From Candidatus Woykebacteria bacterium (GTDB lineage: Bacteria; Patescibacteriota; Microgenomatia; Woykebacterales; RBG-16-39-9b), in NCBI GenBank assembly GCA_040876265.1, contig JBBDPN010000001.1:182208-246207 (forward strand): a stretch of 64,000 nt of DNA, given 5' to 3'. Numbering within the stretch: the first letter of the stretch is position 1; each line of letters begins with the position of its first letter. Below are positions 40,773-49,671 of this stretch, piece by piece. The position numbers and the translations under genes were made by a program. A model generated the notes under the pieces. The model was not told where the DNA came from. It searched no databases and saw nothing but the letters and a program-made list of their open reading frames with translations.

Positions 40773-41510
40773 TCAAGAAGCTTCTAATAAATCAGGTCGT
40801 AACTGCTGTGTTTTTTTTAGGGCTTGGTCAGAGCGCCATTTTTTAATTCCTTTGTGATCGCCAGAAAGTAATACTTTTGGTACCTCCTTTTTTTGAAACT
40901 TTTCCGGCCTAGTGTAAACAGGGTAATCCAAAAGTTTTATCTCCTCACCCTCTTGCTGTGTAGGAGTAAAAGATTCGTGAACCAAAGAGTCAGGCTTACT
41001 CAAAAATCCAGGTACTAGCCTTGTTACGCTGTCAATTATAACGATGGCAGCAGTTTCACCACCGGATAAAACGTAATCCCCGATGGAAATTTCCTCGTCA
41101 ACGAGAAGCTCCTTAAACCGTTCATCCACGCCCTCATAATGACCACAAACCAATATAATCCACTCCTTGTGTGAGAGAACAGTTGCCTTTTGTTGGGTGA
41201 AAGTTTTGCCTGATGCTTCTAGAAGGATAACGCGGGGTCGTAAGGAGGGTCTTTCCTCTTTTCTAAGACGCATTGCGGCCTTCAATGACTTTGCTAAAAC
41301 ATCTGGTTTTAACACCATTCCTGCGCCGCCCCCAAAGGGTCGGTCATCTACCTGTTTGTGCTTGCCAATGCCGAACCTACGAATGTCGTGTACTCTGATA
41401 TTGACTAGATCTTTTTTTATTGCTTTGGACAATAGGCTGGTCGATAAAGGGCTGTCGAAAAAATTCGGGAAAAGAGTGAGTATATCGAAATAAATCTTAA
41501 CTTCTGACAT
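40773..41510 (-). CDS. trmD: tRNA (guanine37-N1)-methyltransferase
   Basis: VDDRPFGGGAGMV, CGHYEGVDER, SIGDYVLSGGE, YTRP. Confidence 0.97.
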   Translation of the reverse strand: MSEVKIYFDILTLFPNFFDSPLSTSLLSKAIKKDLVNIRVHDIRRFGIGKHKQVDDRPFGGGAGMVLKPDVLAKSLKAAMRLRKEERPSLRPRVILLEASGKTFTQQKATVLSHKEWIILVCGHYEGVDERFKELLVDEEISIGDYVLSGGETAAIVIIDSVTRLVPGFLSKPDSLVHESFTPTQQEGEEIKLLDYPVYTRPEKFQKKEVPKVLLSGDHKGIKKWRSDQALKKTQQLRPDLLEAS

Positions 41511-41752
41511 TAAGGCTGACTTGGTTCGCTCAATTCTAGGTAAGCTCTTCTGCCGGTTTTTATAGCTTTTATTTTGAGTAAAGTGCGCAATGCTTTGATT
41601 GTTCTTCCCCCCTTGCCGATTATTTTACCCATGTCATCTTTGGCTACTTTCAGCTGTATTATCTCCCCATTTTCACTCTCCAACTCTTTTATCTCAATTC
41701 TTTCGGGTTCAGAAACGATATTTTTCACTAGAAACTCGATCAAATCTTTCAT
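41510..41752 (-). CDS. khpA: KH-domain RNA-binding protein
   Basis: DMGKIIGKGGRTIKALR; ATG 41752 overlaps the rpsP stop. Confidence 0.9.
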   Translation of the reverse strand: MKDLIEFLVKNIVSEPERIEIKELESENGEIIQLKVAKDDMGKIIGKGGRTIKALRTLLKIKAIKTGRRAYLELSEPSQP

Positions 41753-41979
41753 ATCTTCTTTGCGAGGTTTTTGACAGCCTTTGTAGGTTGAGCACCCAAA
41801 GACAGCCAATGCTCAAAGCGGTCTTTTTTTAGCTCCAAAAAAGCTGGCGAAGCCGTAGGGTCGTAATGACCGATCATTTCGATGTAGCTACCGTCACGCT
41901 TTTTTTGTTCGTCCATAACTACAATTCTGTATTTTGGCTGTTTTTTAGCTCCAATTCTAAGCAACCGCATCTTTACCAT
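41749..41979 (-). CDS. rpsP: 30S ribosomal protein S16
   Basis: MVKMRL.R.G.KKQP.YRIVV; GAQPT. Confidence 0.97.
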   Translation of the reverse strand: MVKMRLLRIGAKKQPKYRIVVMDEQKKRDGSYIEMIGHYDPTASPAFLELKKDRFEHWLSLGAQPTKAVKNLAKKI

Positions 41980-41991
41980 AGGTGGGTAATT

Positions 41992-42690
41992 CTAATTAAT
42001 ATCTGACCATTTTTCAAGTGCCTGCTTTGCAGCTTCTTGTTCCGCCGCCTGTTTACTATTGCCCGCTCCTTCTGAAATTTTCCTATTGCCAATTAGTACA
42101 CCAATTTTAAAGACCTTGGCGTGATCAGGTCCGCGTTCTTCTATTAGCTTGTATGTTGGGGTGAGAGACAATTTCTCCTGCGATTTTTCCTGAAGAAGAC
42201 TCTTGAAATCTTTGTATAATTTCTTCTCAATTATCTCAGCTAGAAATATTAAAAGATTGGTTTCGATCACCTTTTTGGAAATTTGAAGACCCCTATCAAG
42301 GAAAATAGCCCCTACGAGCGCTTCAAAAGTATTCGCCAATATATATTGGCGGTTTCTTCCGCCAGTAGCCTCTTCGCCCCTCGATAAATATAAGTACTCC
42401 CCCAAATTTAGCGATTGAGCTACTTTGGATAAAGCCTTTGCATTAACTAGTGAAGATCTAAAATTCGTTAGGTCACCCTCTGGGTGATCAGGGTATGATT
42501 GGTATAAATGCTCTGAAACTACCAGTCCAAGTACAGCATCTCCTAGAAATTCCAGGCGTTCATTGTTGGGTAGTTTTTCATTTGGGTGCTCATTAAGGTA
42601 AGAGCGGTGAATGAAAGCAGTTTTCAACAGGTCCTTATTTTTGAATTTAAAACCGAGGCCTTTTTCCAGCGCGCTTAAGTTTTTCCCCAT
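41992..42690 (-). CDS. rnc: Ribonuclease III
   Basis: NERLEFLGDAVL, ANTFEALVGAI, dsRBD. Confidence 0.97.
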   Translation of the reverse strand: MGKNLSALEKGLGFKFKNKDLLKTAFIHRSYLNEHPNEKLPNNERLEFLGDAVLGLVVSEHLYQSYPDHPEGDLTNFRSSLVNAKALSKVAQSLNLGEYLYLSRGEEATGGRNRQYILANTFEALVGAIFLDRGLQISKKVIETNLLIFLAEIIEKKLYKDFKSLLQEKSQEKLSLTPTYKLIEERGPDHAKVFKIGVLIGNRKISEGAGNSKQAAEQEAAKQALEKWSDIN

Positions 42691-42693
42691 TTT

Positions 42694-42939
42694 TTATATA
42701 TCGCCTAATTGGTCAGAAACTATGTTGACCAGATCTTCTACTGTGTTGACATTCGAAGTTTGTTCCGGTTCAAATTCTACGTTAAATTCTTTTTCAATTG
42801 CGTCAATTAGGTCGCCCTTGCTCAGAGTATCTGCATCCAAATCCTCCTGGAGATGAGATGTGGTTGAGATCTCCGATCCCTCCACCCCTAATTGATCAGA
42901 TATCACTCTTCTAACTTTCTTAAAAATTTCATCACTCAT
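42694..42939 (-). CDS. acpP: Acyl carrier protein-like
   Basis: Acidic 81 aa, upstream of rnc; EDLDADTLS where the canonical motif is DLGADSLD. Confidence 0.8.
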   Translation of the reverse strand: MSDEIFKKVRRVISDQLGVEGSEISTTSHLQEDLDADTLSKGDLIDAIEKEFNVEFEPEQTSNVNTVEDLVNIVSDQLGDI

Positions 42940-43436
42940 TTCTTCGCCTTAGGTTTAGTACTCTTTGAAATCGTAGTTTTTTCAGAGTCTAATTCTGGTA
43001 TCATCTTTTTAACAACTGTTCCAAGCACCCCGTTAACAAATTTAGAGGAATTCTCCCCTCCAAATTCCTTGGCCAGTTCTACAGCTTCATCAATGGCTAC
43101 TTTCGGAGGTGCGTTTTTAGCAATATAAAGCTCAAATATAGCAATTCGTAGGATCTCAAGGTCAACCTTTGCTATTTGTGAGATTGGCCATTCAGGAGCA
43201 CAAGTTTCGATGATTTGGTCAATTGTGTCCAGGTTTTCGGTGACCCCCTTTGATAAAAAAAGCGCCATGGGACGGTCCACAGCAGTTGAATTCTCCTCTG
43301 TAGTGTCAACTTGTACATACTCCTCTGAATCCCGTTTTACTAAATTTTCAATATCGGTGGAATTAAAACTCCATTCAAATAGAGCTTGAAGAGCAGTTGT
43401 TCTAGCTAGGTGACGCGGATCAAGTCTCCCTTTCAT
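42936..43436 (-). CDS. nusB: Transcription antitermination factor NusB
   Basis: R..AR..ALQALF, ILRIAIFEL, AIDEAVELAKEFG..S.KFVNGVLG. Confidence 0.96.
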   Translation of the reverse strand: MKGRLDPRHLARTTALQALFEWSFNSTDIENLVKRDSEEYVQVDTTEENSTAVDRPMALFLSKGVTENLDTIDQIIETCAPEWPISQIAKVDLEILRIAIFELYIAKNAPPKVAIDEAVELAKEFGGENSSKFVNGVLGTVVKKMIPELDSEKTTISKSTKPKAKK

Positions 43437-43654
43437 TGCTTTTTACTACTTTCTACTTTAGCGACTTTTACTTCTTTCTCTGGTTCGAAAAATGTTTTAC
43501 CTTTGTACTGACCGCAGTGAGGACAAAGACTGTGTGGTAATTTCTTGCCCCCACAGTTATTACAACTTACTAGTGCTGGGAAGTTGTATCTTTTTGCAGC
43601 TAGTCGTTTCCCTCGTCTTATACTTGATAGTTTTTTCTTCGGAAGTGCTCCCAT
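43433..43654 (-). CDS. rpmF: 50S ribosomal protein L32
   Basis: MGALPKKKLS..RR; CNNC..PH..CPHCG.Y. Confidence 0.93.
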   Translation of the reverse strand: MGALPKKKLSSIRRGKRLAAKRYNFPALVSCNNCGGKKLPHSLCPHCGQYKGKTFFEPEKEVKVAKVESSKKQ

Positions 43655-43696
43655 ACGAAGAGATATTATAGGTATATCGGTGAATACTGTCAATTT

Positions 43697-45709
43697 TTAG
43701 TCGGGTGGGACCAAACCCAGTTTTTGCATCTCAGCTTTGAAAGTACGTGACTGGCTGATTTTGCTCTTTCCAAATAATATTTTTGCCTCCTCCTTAGCCA
43801 GCTTAATCAGGACTAAATCTGAAAGAGAAGCTACTCTAAAATTTGGTAGGCCTGATTGAACAGTTCCGTATATTTCTCCTGGCCCGCGTGTTTTTAGATC
43901 AATTTCAGCTAAATCTGACCCCAAGTGGTATTTTTCCATCGCTTTTAACCTCCTTGACACAGCAGGGGTGTTGCTTTCAGTGAATAAAAGACAGAACGAT
44001 TGCTTTTGTGATCTGCCCACCCTACCCCGTAATTGATGAAGCGAGGCTAAACCAAATCTCTCCGCAGCCTCAATCATCATGATTACCGCGTCCGGAATAT
44101 CTATTCCAACTTCAACGACCGGTGTCGAGACAAGGACTTGTAACTCTCTTGCACGAAACCGTTCAACGACCCTTTCTTTTTCCTTATATTTCAATTTACC
44201 GTGAAGTAATCCTAATTTTAAATCGGGGAAGATCTCTTGGTTGAGGTTTAAATATTCCTGCGTAGCTGCTTTTACGGTGTTCAGAGTCTCTGAGGGTTCT
44301 ATCAAAGGGCATAAAATAAAAGTTTGGTTACCGCTAGCCGCATTGTCGCGAATAAACTGGTAAGCGCCGGCCCTTTTACTTGGTGGTACTACGTATGTTT
44401 TTACTTTTTTACGACCCTTTGGCATCTCGCTGATTGTAGATAAGTCTAGATCACCATACAGAGTTAAGGCCAAACTCCTTGGTATTGGAGTAGCTGTCAT
44501 TGTCAGTACATGTGGAGTTTTGCCTTTTTGGCGCAGTAATCCTCTTTGCTTTACTCCAAACCGGTGTTGCTCATCAATAATTACTAAGGCCAAGCTATCA
44601 AAATCGACTGATTTGGTGAGTAGCGCGTGGGTTCCAATGAGGATATCGTGTGGTTCCGACTTTTTTATTTGGGAGGTGCGAAGAACAATTTTTACTTTAA
44701 GTGGCGCTAATATAGTTTTCAAGGTGGTGTAGTGTTGGTGAGCGAGAATCTCGGTGGGAGCCATGAGGGCAGTTTGGTAACCGTTTAAAAATACATTATA
44801 GGCGGCCAAAGCGGCGACTACAGTTTTACCACTACCGACATCTCCTTGCAGAAGCCTGTTCATAGGCCTACCGGAAGTCATATCAGAAAATATTTCTTTC
44901 AGCACCTTTTTCTGAGATGTCGTGAGTTCAAAAGGTAAGTTTGATAAAGCCGAAAGGATTTTCTCTTGGAAAATATCTAATTTTACGCCCTGCTGATTTT
45001 TAGCCCAAAATTTTTTCCTCCCCAAAGCGTTTAATTGAGTCAGAAGTAGCTCATCGAAAGCAAGTCTTTTACGTGCTTGCTCAATTTGCTCTTGCGTTTT
45101 TGGAAAATGAATTTGCCAGATAGCTTTTTGTCTTGAAATTAATTTATTTCTCACTAGAGAATCTGGTGGTAAAAATTCTTCGATTTCTCCGGAAGCGGTT
45201 GGTAAAACCTCTTTTATTCTTGTTCGTAACCACTTCGAACTCACTCCAGCTGTCTCGGGGTAAACAGAGACAAAGCCCTGAGTATGAGTGCCCTTTTCCG
45301 CTGGTTTGCGGAGAAGCTCATACTCAGGGCTCACAAACGTAAGCTTGTTTGCGAACAGACTAACTTTACCCGATATACCGATAGCCTGAGTTTGTTTAAT
45401 TATACTTGTTAGAAATGGCTGGTTGAACCACACGACTTCGATACTAGAGGTACCGTCATTTACTGTGGCCAGCGTTAGATTTTTACCAAAGCGGGTCCTG
45501 ATGTTTCTGATTTGCCAGACAGATCCTTTTATCGAAGCGAAGTCCCCAGGCCCTAGCTGGTTGATTTTTTTGCTCTGGCCTAGGTTACCGTAGCGAAACG
45601 GGAAATGATAAATCAGATCATGAAGGGTGTCTATTTTCAATTTATTTAATTTTTTCGCGTAAAAAGGTCCGATTTTAGGGATTTTGACTACAGGAGTATC
45701 TAAGTCCAT
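43697..45709 (-). CDS. recG: ATP-dependent DNA helicase RecG
   Basis: RLLQGDVGSGKT, IIDEQHRFGV, MTATPIPRSL, QLRGRVGR, RGPGE. Confidence 0.97.
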   Translation of the reverse strand: MDLDTPVVKIPKIGPFYAKKLNKLKIDTLHDLIYHFPFRYGNLGQSKKINQLGPGDFASIKGSVWQIRNIRTRFGKNLTLATVNDGTSSIEVVWFNQPFLTSIIKQTQAIGISGKVSLFANKLTFVSPEYELLRKPAEKGTHTQGFVSVYPETAGVSSKWLRTRIKEVLPTASGEIEEFLPPDSLVRNKLISRQKAIWQIHFPKTQEQIEQARKRLAFDELLLTQLNALGRKKFWAKNQQGVKLDIFQEKILSALSNLPFELTTSQKKVLKEIFSDMTSGRPMNRLLQGDVGSGKTVVAALAAYNVFLNGYQTALMAPTEILAHQHYTTLKTILAPLKVKIVLRTSQIKKSEPHDILIGTHALLTKSVDFDSLALVIIDEQHRFGVKQRGLLRQKGKTPHVLTMTATPIPRSLALTLYGDLDLSTISEMPKGRKKVKTYVVPPSKRAGAYQFIRDNAASGNQTFILCPLIEPSETLNTVKAATQEYLNLNQEIFPDLKLGLLHGKLKYKEKERVVERFRARELQVLVSTPVVEVGIDIPDAVIMMIEAAERFGLASLHQLRGRVGRSQKQSFCLLFTESNTPAVSRRLKAMEKYHLGSDLAEIDLKTRGPGEIYGTVQSGLPNFRVASLSDLVLIKLAKEEAKILFGKSKISQSRTFKAEMQKLGLVPPD

Positions 45710-45712
45710 GGG

Positions 45713-45823
45713 CTAAAAACCGCTTTGAGTTGTCAAGAGGAGAAATGGAAAGGCCAGCAAACCCAAAATAATCAAAACTGTTATTACAATCCAAATCCAT
45801 TTTTGCTTTCTTATAAAATTCAT
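45713..45823 (-). CDS. 36-aa single-TM peptide (not in ORF track)
   Basis: MNFIRKQKWIWIVITVLIILGLLAFPFLLLTTQSGF*; ATG overlaps the tyrS stop (TAATG); ends 3 nt before recG. Confidence 0.65.
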   Translation of the reverse strand: MNFIRKQKWIWIVITVLIILGLLAFPFLLLTTQSGF

Positions 45824-47025
45824 TATTTCTCTCTTACTATTCTTACCGATGTTGATCGTAACTTACCAATTTGAGCTAAACTGCCGGTTTCAACGTCAAA
45901 TCGTTCATCTAGCGAAGTGACCCTTCTATTATTTATAATAACCCCACCCTGCTCCACCAACCTTTTAGCCTCGCTCTTGCTTTTTACCATACCCAAAGAT
46001 AAAAGTATCTCCACTGGGGTGGCTTGGACTATTTTTTCTTTCAACACTTTTGTTTTAGCTCTCGGTACACCCCTTTGTTGAAAAACGCGGGCGAACTCGC
46101 CTTGGGCAGTTTTAGCCTCTTTTTCTCCGTGGTACAATTTGACCACCTCAAAAGCCAACTTTTTCTTAGCTTCCAAGGGGCTTATTTCACTTGAACCCAA
46201 TTTACGCTCAATTGTTGCCACCTCATCCATTGGGAGGTGTGTTGTTAGTTTTAGGTAGCGGACTATTGACCCGTCCATTATAGACATTAATTTACCAAAC
46301 ATATCGTTGGGATCGGAATCTATACCGATAGTGTTACCGAATGACTTACTCATCTTCCGACCGTCGGTTCCTTCAAGTAGCGGGGTGGTGATCACAAACT
46401 TCTCCTTTTTTTTGTAGATTTTAACCATTTGCCGACCAACCAGCATATTGAATGTTTGATCCGTAGCGCCGATCTCCATATCAGTATTTAAAGCAACACT
46501 GTCGTAACCTTGTAATAAGGGGTACAAAAACTCCGTTGCCGCAATAGGGCGCTGTTTTTTAATACGCTCTTGAAACAAATCCCTCTCTATAAGTTGCGAG
46601 ACAGTGAAGTGGGTTAGAACTTCAAAAAATTTCTGTTGAGACATCTTATTCCACCAATCAGAGTTAAAAACGATTTTTACTGGATTATCTTTTACGCTTA
46701 GTAGTTTATTCACCTGCGCTAAGTACGCGGTGGAGTTTTCTTTTACTTGGTGTTCAGAGAGCTGACTGCGTTGGGTGTCATGTCCAGACGGGTCTCCTAT
46801 CTGGGCGGTAAAATCACCGAAGAGAAGCAAAACTTCATGGCCCCACTTTTGAAACTGCTGTAGAATAAGTAGGGAAATAGCATTACCGATATGAATTTGT
46901 GGACTAGTTGGGTCGATACCGAAGTAAATTTTTAAGCGTCCCCTTTTAGCTAGTTTTTCCTCCAACGCCTCCTTCGAAGGATAAATATTATTTATATAAC
47001 GTTCAATTTCGCTCAACCTGGACAT
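45823..47025 (-). CDS. tyrS: Tyrosine--tRNA ligase
   Basis: GIDPT..IHIGN, YPLLQGYD, KMSKS, C-terminal S4 domain. Confidence 0.97.
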   Translation of the reverse strand: MSRLSEIERYINNIYPSKEALEEKLAKRGRLKIYFGIDPTSPQIHIGNAISLLILQQFQKWGHEVLLLFGDFTAQIGDPSGHDTQRSQLSEHQVKENSTAYLAQVNKLLSVKDNPVKIVFNSDWWNKMSQQKFFEVLTHFTVSQLIERDLFQERIKKQRPIAATEFLYPLLQGYDSVALNTDMEIGATDQTFNMLVGRQMVKIYKKKEKFVITTPLLEGTDGRKMSKSFGNTIGIDSDPNDMFGKLMSIMDGSIVRYLKLTTHLPMDEVATIERKLGSSEISPLEAKKKLAFEVVKLYHGEKEAKTAQGEFARVFQQRGVPRAKTKVLKEKIVQATPVEILLSLGMVKSKSEAKRLVEQGGVIINNRRVTSLDERFDVETGSLAQIGKLRSTSVRIVREK

Positions 47026-47131
47026 ACGGTGATTATTATATCTCGATCATCTGTAAAATAAAAGAGTTCCCCATAACAGGTACGAGACGATCTCCAGTTT
47101 TTATGGTATAATATGAGCTCGAGATAACGAT

Positions 47132-49663
47132 ATGAACCCTCGTTTTACACCAGTGCCTCCGCGCATTAAAAAGGTCCTATCGAGGCGAAAATCCCGAAGA
47201 TGGAAATTGCGGATTTTAAGCGGTTTGGTAACCGCTGGTTTTATTTTTCTGATTTTATTCCTAATAGGTACGGCAGTTGCTTTTGGATTTTTTGCGAGAG
47301 ATTTACCATCCCCTGATAAGCTTTCGGAAAAGAATTTCCAGCAATCAACAAAAATTTACGATCGTAACGGGGTTCTTCTTTACAATGTGTTTGGCGAACA
47401 GAATAGGACGTTGGTAAAATTCGATAGGATACCCGATGATTTAAAACACGCTACGATCGCCATTGAGGATAAGAATTTTTATAAGCATAAGGGCTTTGAT
47501 GTTTTAGGTCTGGCTAGAGCATTTAGAGACGCGGTCTTTAGGAAGAAGGTAACCGGTGCTTCTACTCTAACCCAGCAATTAGTTAAAAACGCCTTACTAA
47601 CACCAGAGAGAACGATAACAAGAAAAATAAAAGAGTTTATTTTGGCTGTTCAAATAGAGAGAAGGTATTCAAAGGATGAGATTCTTCAAATTTACCTGAA
47701 CGAAATCCCATATGGTGGTACTGCCTGGGGTTCTGAGGCAGCGGCAAACCAATATTTTGGAAAACATGTTTGGGAACTTTCTTTGGTCGAAAGCGCAGTC
47801 TTGGCGGGTCTCCCTCAATCACCAACTGTTTATTCCCCATTTGGTTCCGACCCAGAGGCTTACATAGATCGTACTAAGGATGTTTTAAGGAGAATGACTG
47901 AGGATAAATTTCTTACCAAGGAGCAGGAAGAAAAAGCGATAGTGCAGCTACCGAAGCTAAAATTTGCTAGCTTTGGAGAAGGGATTAAAGCGCCTCATTT
48001 TTCTATTTACGTTAAGACCTTATTAGAGGAAAAATATGGTGCAAAATTCGTTCAGGAGGGGGGTTTAAACGTCACCACATCACTTGACTACAAGCTGCAA
48101 CAAAAAGCTCAAAAAATTGTAGCCGATGAGCTCAAAGCCAACGGTGGGTTGTACGAAATGAATAATGGGGCGGCCGTGGTTCAAGACACCCGCAATGGTG
48201 AAATACTTGCTATGGTGGGTTCAAAAAATTATTTCGCAAAAGATATTCAGGGAAATTTTAATGTAGCGACACAAGGCCTGAGGCAACCGGGTTCAGCTCT
48301 TAAACCATTTAACTACCTAACCGGCTTTCAAAAAGGGTACGCTAATCCGTCAACAATCTTGTTGGATTTGAAAACTGATTTTGGTGGGGGCTATGTGCCT
48401 GGGAACTATTGTAACTGTTTTAACGGGCCCCTGTCGGCCAAAGTTGCCTTGGGAAGTTCACGCAATATTCCAGCAGTCAAGATGCTTGGTGTTAACGGCG
48501 TCCAGGCAATGATTGACACTTTGAAGAAATTTGGTGTGACCACAATCAACGACGCCAACCTCTACGGCTTGTCGCTTACTTTGGGTGGAGGTGCTGTTCA
48601 CCTGCTGGAACTTAATAATGCCTACGCGATATTGGGTAATGAAGGTAAGAGCCACCCTTCCGTTGCTATATTGAAAGTGACAGCGCCAGGTGGTGATACT
48701 CTGGAAGAATTCAAACAAAAAAAAGACCCACAGCAAGTAGCGCCAGCCGCAAATATCTACCAAATATTGGATATTCTTAAAGACCCCAAAAACAAATATC
48801 TTGACTACGGGACTTTTTGGGCTCATGAGCTCAATTTTCAAACAGGTTTGTCAGTCAAAACTGGAACCTCTGAGGAAAAACGGGATAACTGGGTGTTTGG
48901 TACCACGTCCACAAGAACAGTGGGGACCTGGGTAGGAAATAATGACAATTCGCCCATGTCGCCTCGTGTTGCCTCAGGTGTGACCGGGGCCGCACCTATT
49001 TGGAAAAACCTGATGAGAGAAGTGGTAAAGGGACAGCCAGTCAAAGATATTAGCCGACCAAAGGACGTCGTTGTTAGAAAAATCGACCCCAGGACTGGTC
49101 AGCAGCCCTATAAAAATAACGGGGCAACTACGAATGTCTACTTCCCCAAGTGGCAAGCACCTCCTCATGATGATATGCACAAAGAGGTGAGAATCTGCAC
49201 GCCAACTGGGTTGCTGGCAAACGAATCTTGTGAAGCAGCTGGTAAAGCCAAGACGAAAGTTTACCTAGTATTATACGATCCTTACACGAAGTTATTTAAA
49301 CCCGGGTTTAAATATTGTAAACCCTGCCCTCCTACTAAAACTGACACCAAAGTTTATACACCGAAATCTGATTCTCTAACCGTAGTAATAGTTTCGCCAG
49401 AGGACAATCAAAAAGTGGGCTCTGATTTTACCGTTGTGGTTGAAGCTAGCGGTCCAAATGATATCACAGCTGTTCAGTTTTTTCTTGATGGTATTTTAAA
49501 AAACACTAAGCCCTCCAAGCCTTATACAGCCAGTTTTAAAAACGTTTCCCCTGGTGACCACGAGGTTACAGTCAGGGTGTACGATGACTCGGGGGATTCA
49601 GTGGAGGAGACGATAGATGTTGAGGTAGAGGGTGGTTTGCCACTGATCCACTCACCTCCATAA
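47132..49663 (+). CDS. Class A penicillin-binding protein (PBP1A-like) with C-terminal Ig-like domain
   Basis: EDKNF..H.G, GASTLTQQLVKN, RKIKE; SALK, SRN, KTGT; C-terminal beta-sandwich. Confidence 0.95.
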   Translation: MNPRFTPVPPRIKKVLSRRKSRRWKLRILSGLVTAGFIFLILFLIGTAVAFGFFARDLPSPDKLSEKNFQQSTKIYDRNGVLLYNVFGEQNRTLVKFDRIPDDLKHATIAIEDKNFYKHKGFDVLGLARAFRDAVFRKKVTGASTLTQQLVKNALLTPERTITRKIKEFILAVQIERRYSKDEILQIYLNEIPYGGTAWGSEAAANQYFGKHVWELSLVESAVLAGLPQSPTVYSPFGSDPEAYIDRTKDVLRRMTEDKFLTKEQEEKAIVQLPKLKFASFGEGIKAPHFSIYVKTLLEEKYGAKFVQEGGLNVTTSLDYKLQQKAQKIVADELKANGGLYEMNNGAAVVQDTRNGEILAMVGSKNYFAKDIQGNFNVATQGLRQPGSALKPFNYLTGFQKGYANPSTILLDLKTDFGGGYVPGNYCNCFNGPLSAKVALGSSRNIPAVKMLGVNGVQAMIDTLKKFGVTTINDANLYGLSLTLGGGAVHLLELNNAYAILGNEGKSHPSVAILKVTAPGGDTLEEFKQKKDPQQVAPAANIYQILDILKDPKNKYLDYGTFWAHELNFQTGLSVKTGTSEEKRDNWVFGTTSTRTVGTWVGNNDNSPMSPRVASGVTGAAPIWKNLMREVVKGQPVKDISRPKDVVVRKIDPRTGQQPYKNNGATTNVYFPKWQAPPHDDMHKEVRICTPTGLLANESCEAAGKAKTKVYLVLYDPYTKLFKPGFKYCKPCPPTKTDTKVYTPKSDSLTVVIVSPEDNQKVGSDFTVVVEASGPNDITAVQFFLDGILKNTKPSKPYTASFKNVSPGDHEVTVRVYDDSGDSVEETIDVEVEGGLPLIHSPP

Positions 49664-49671
49664 AATATATT

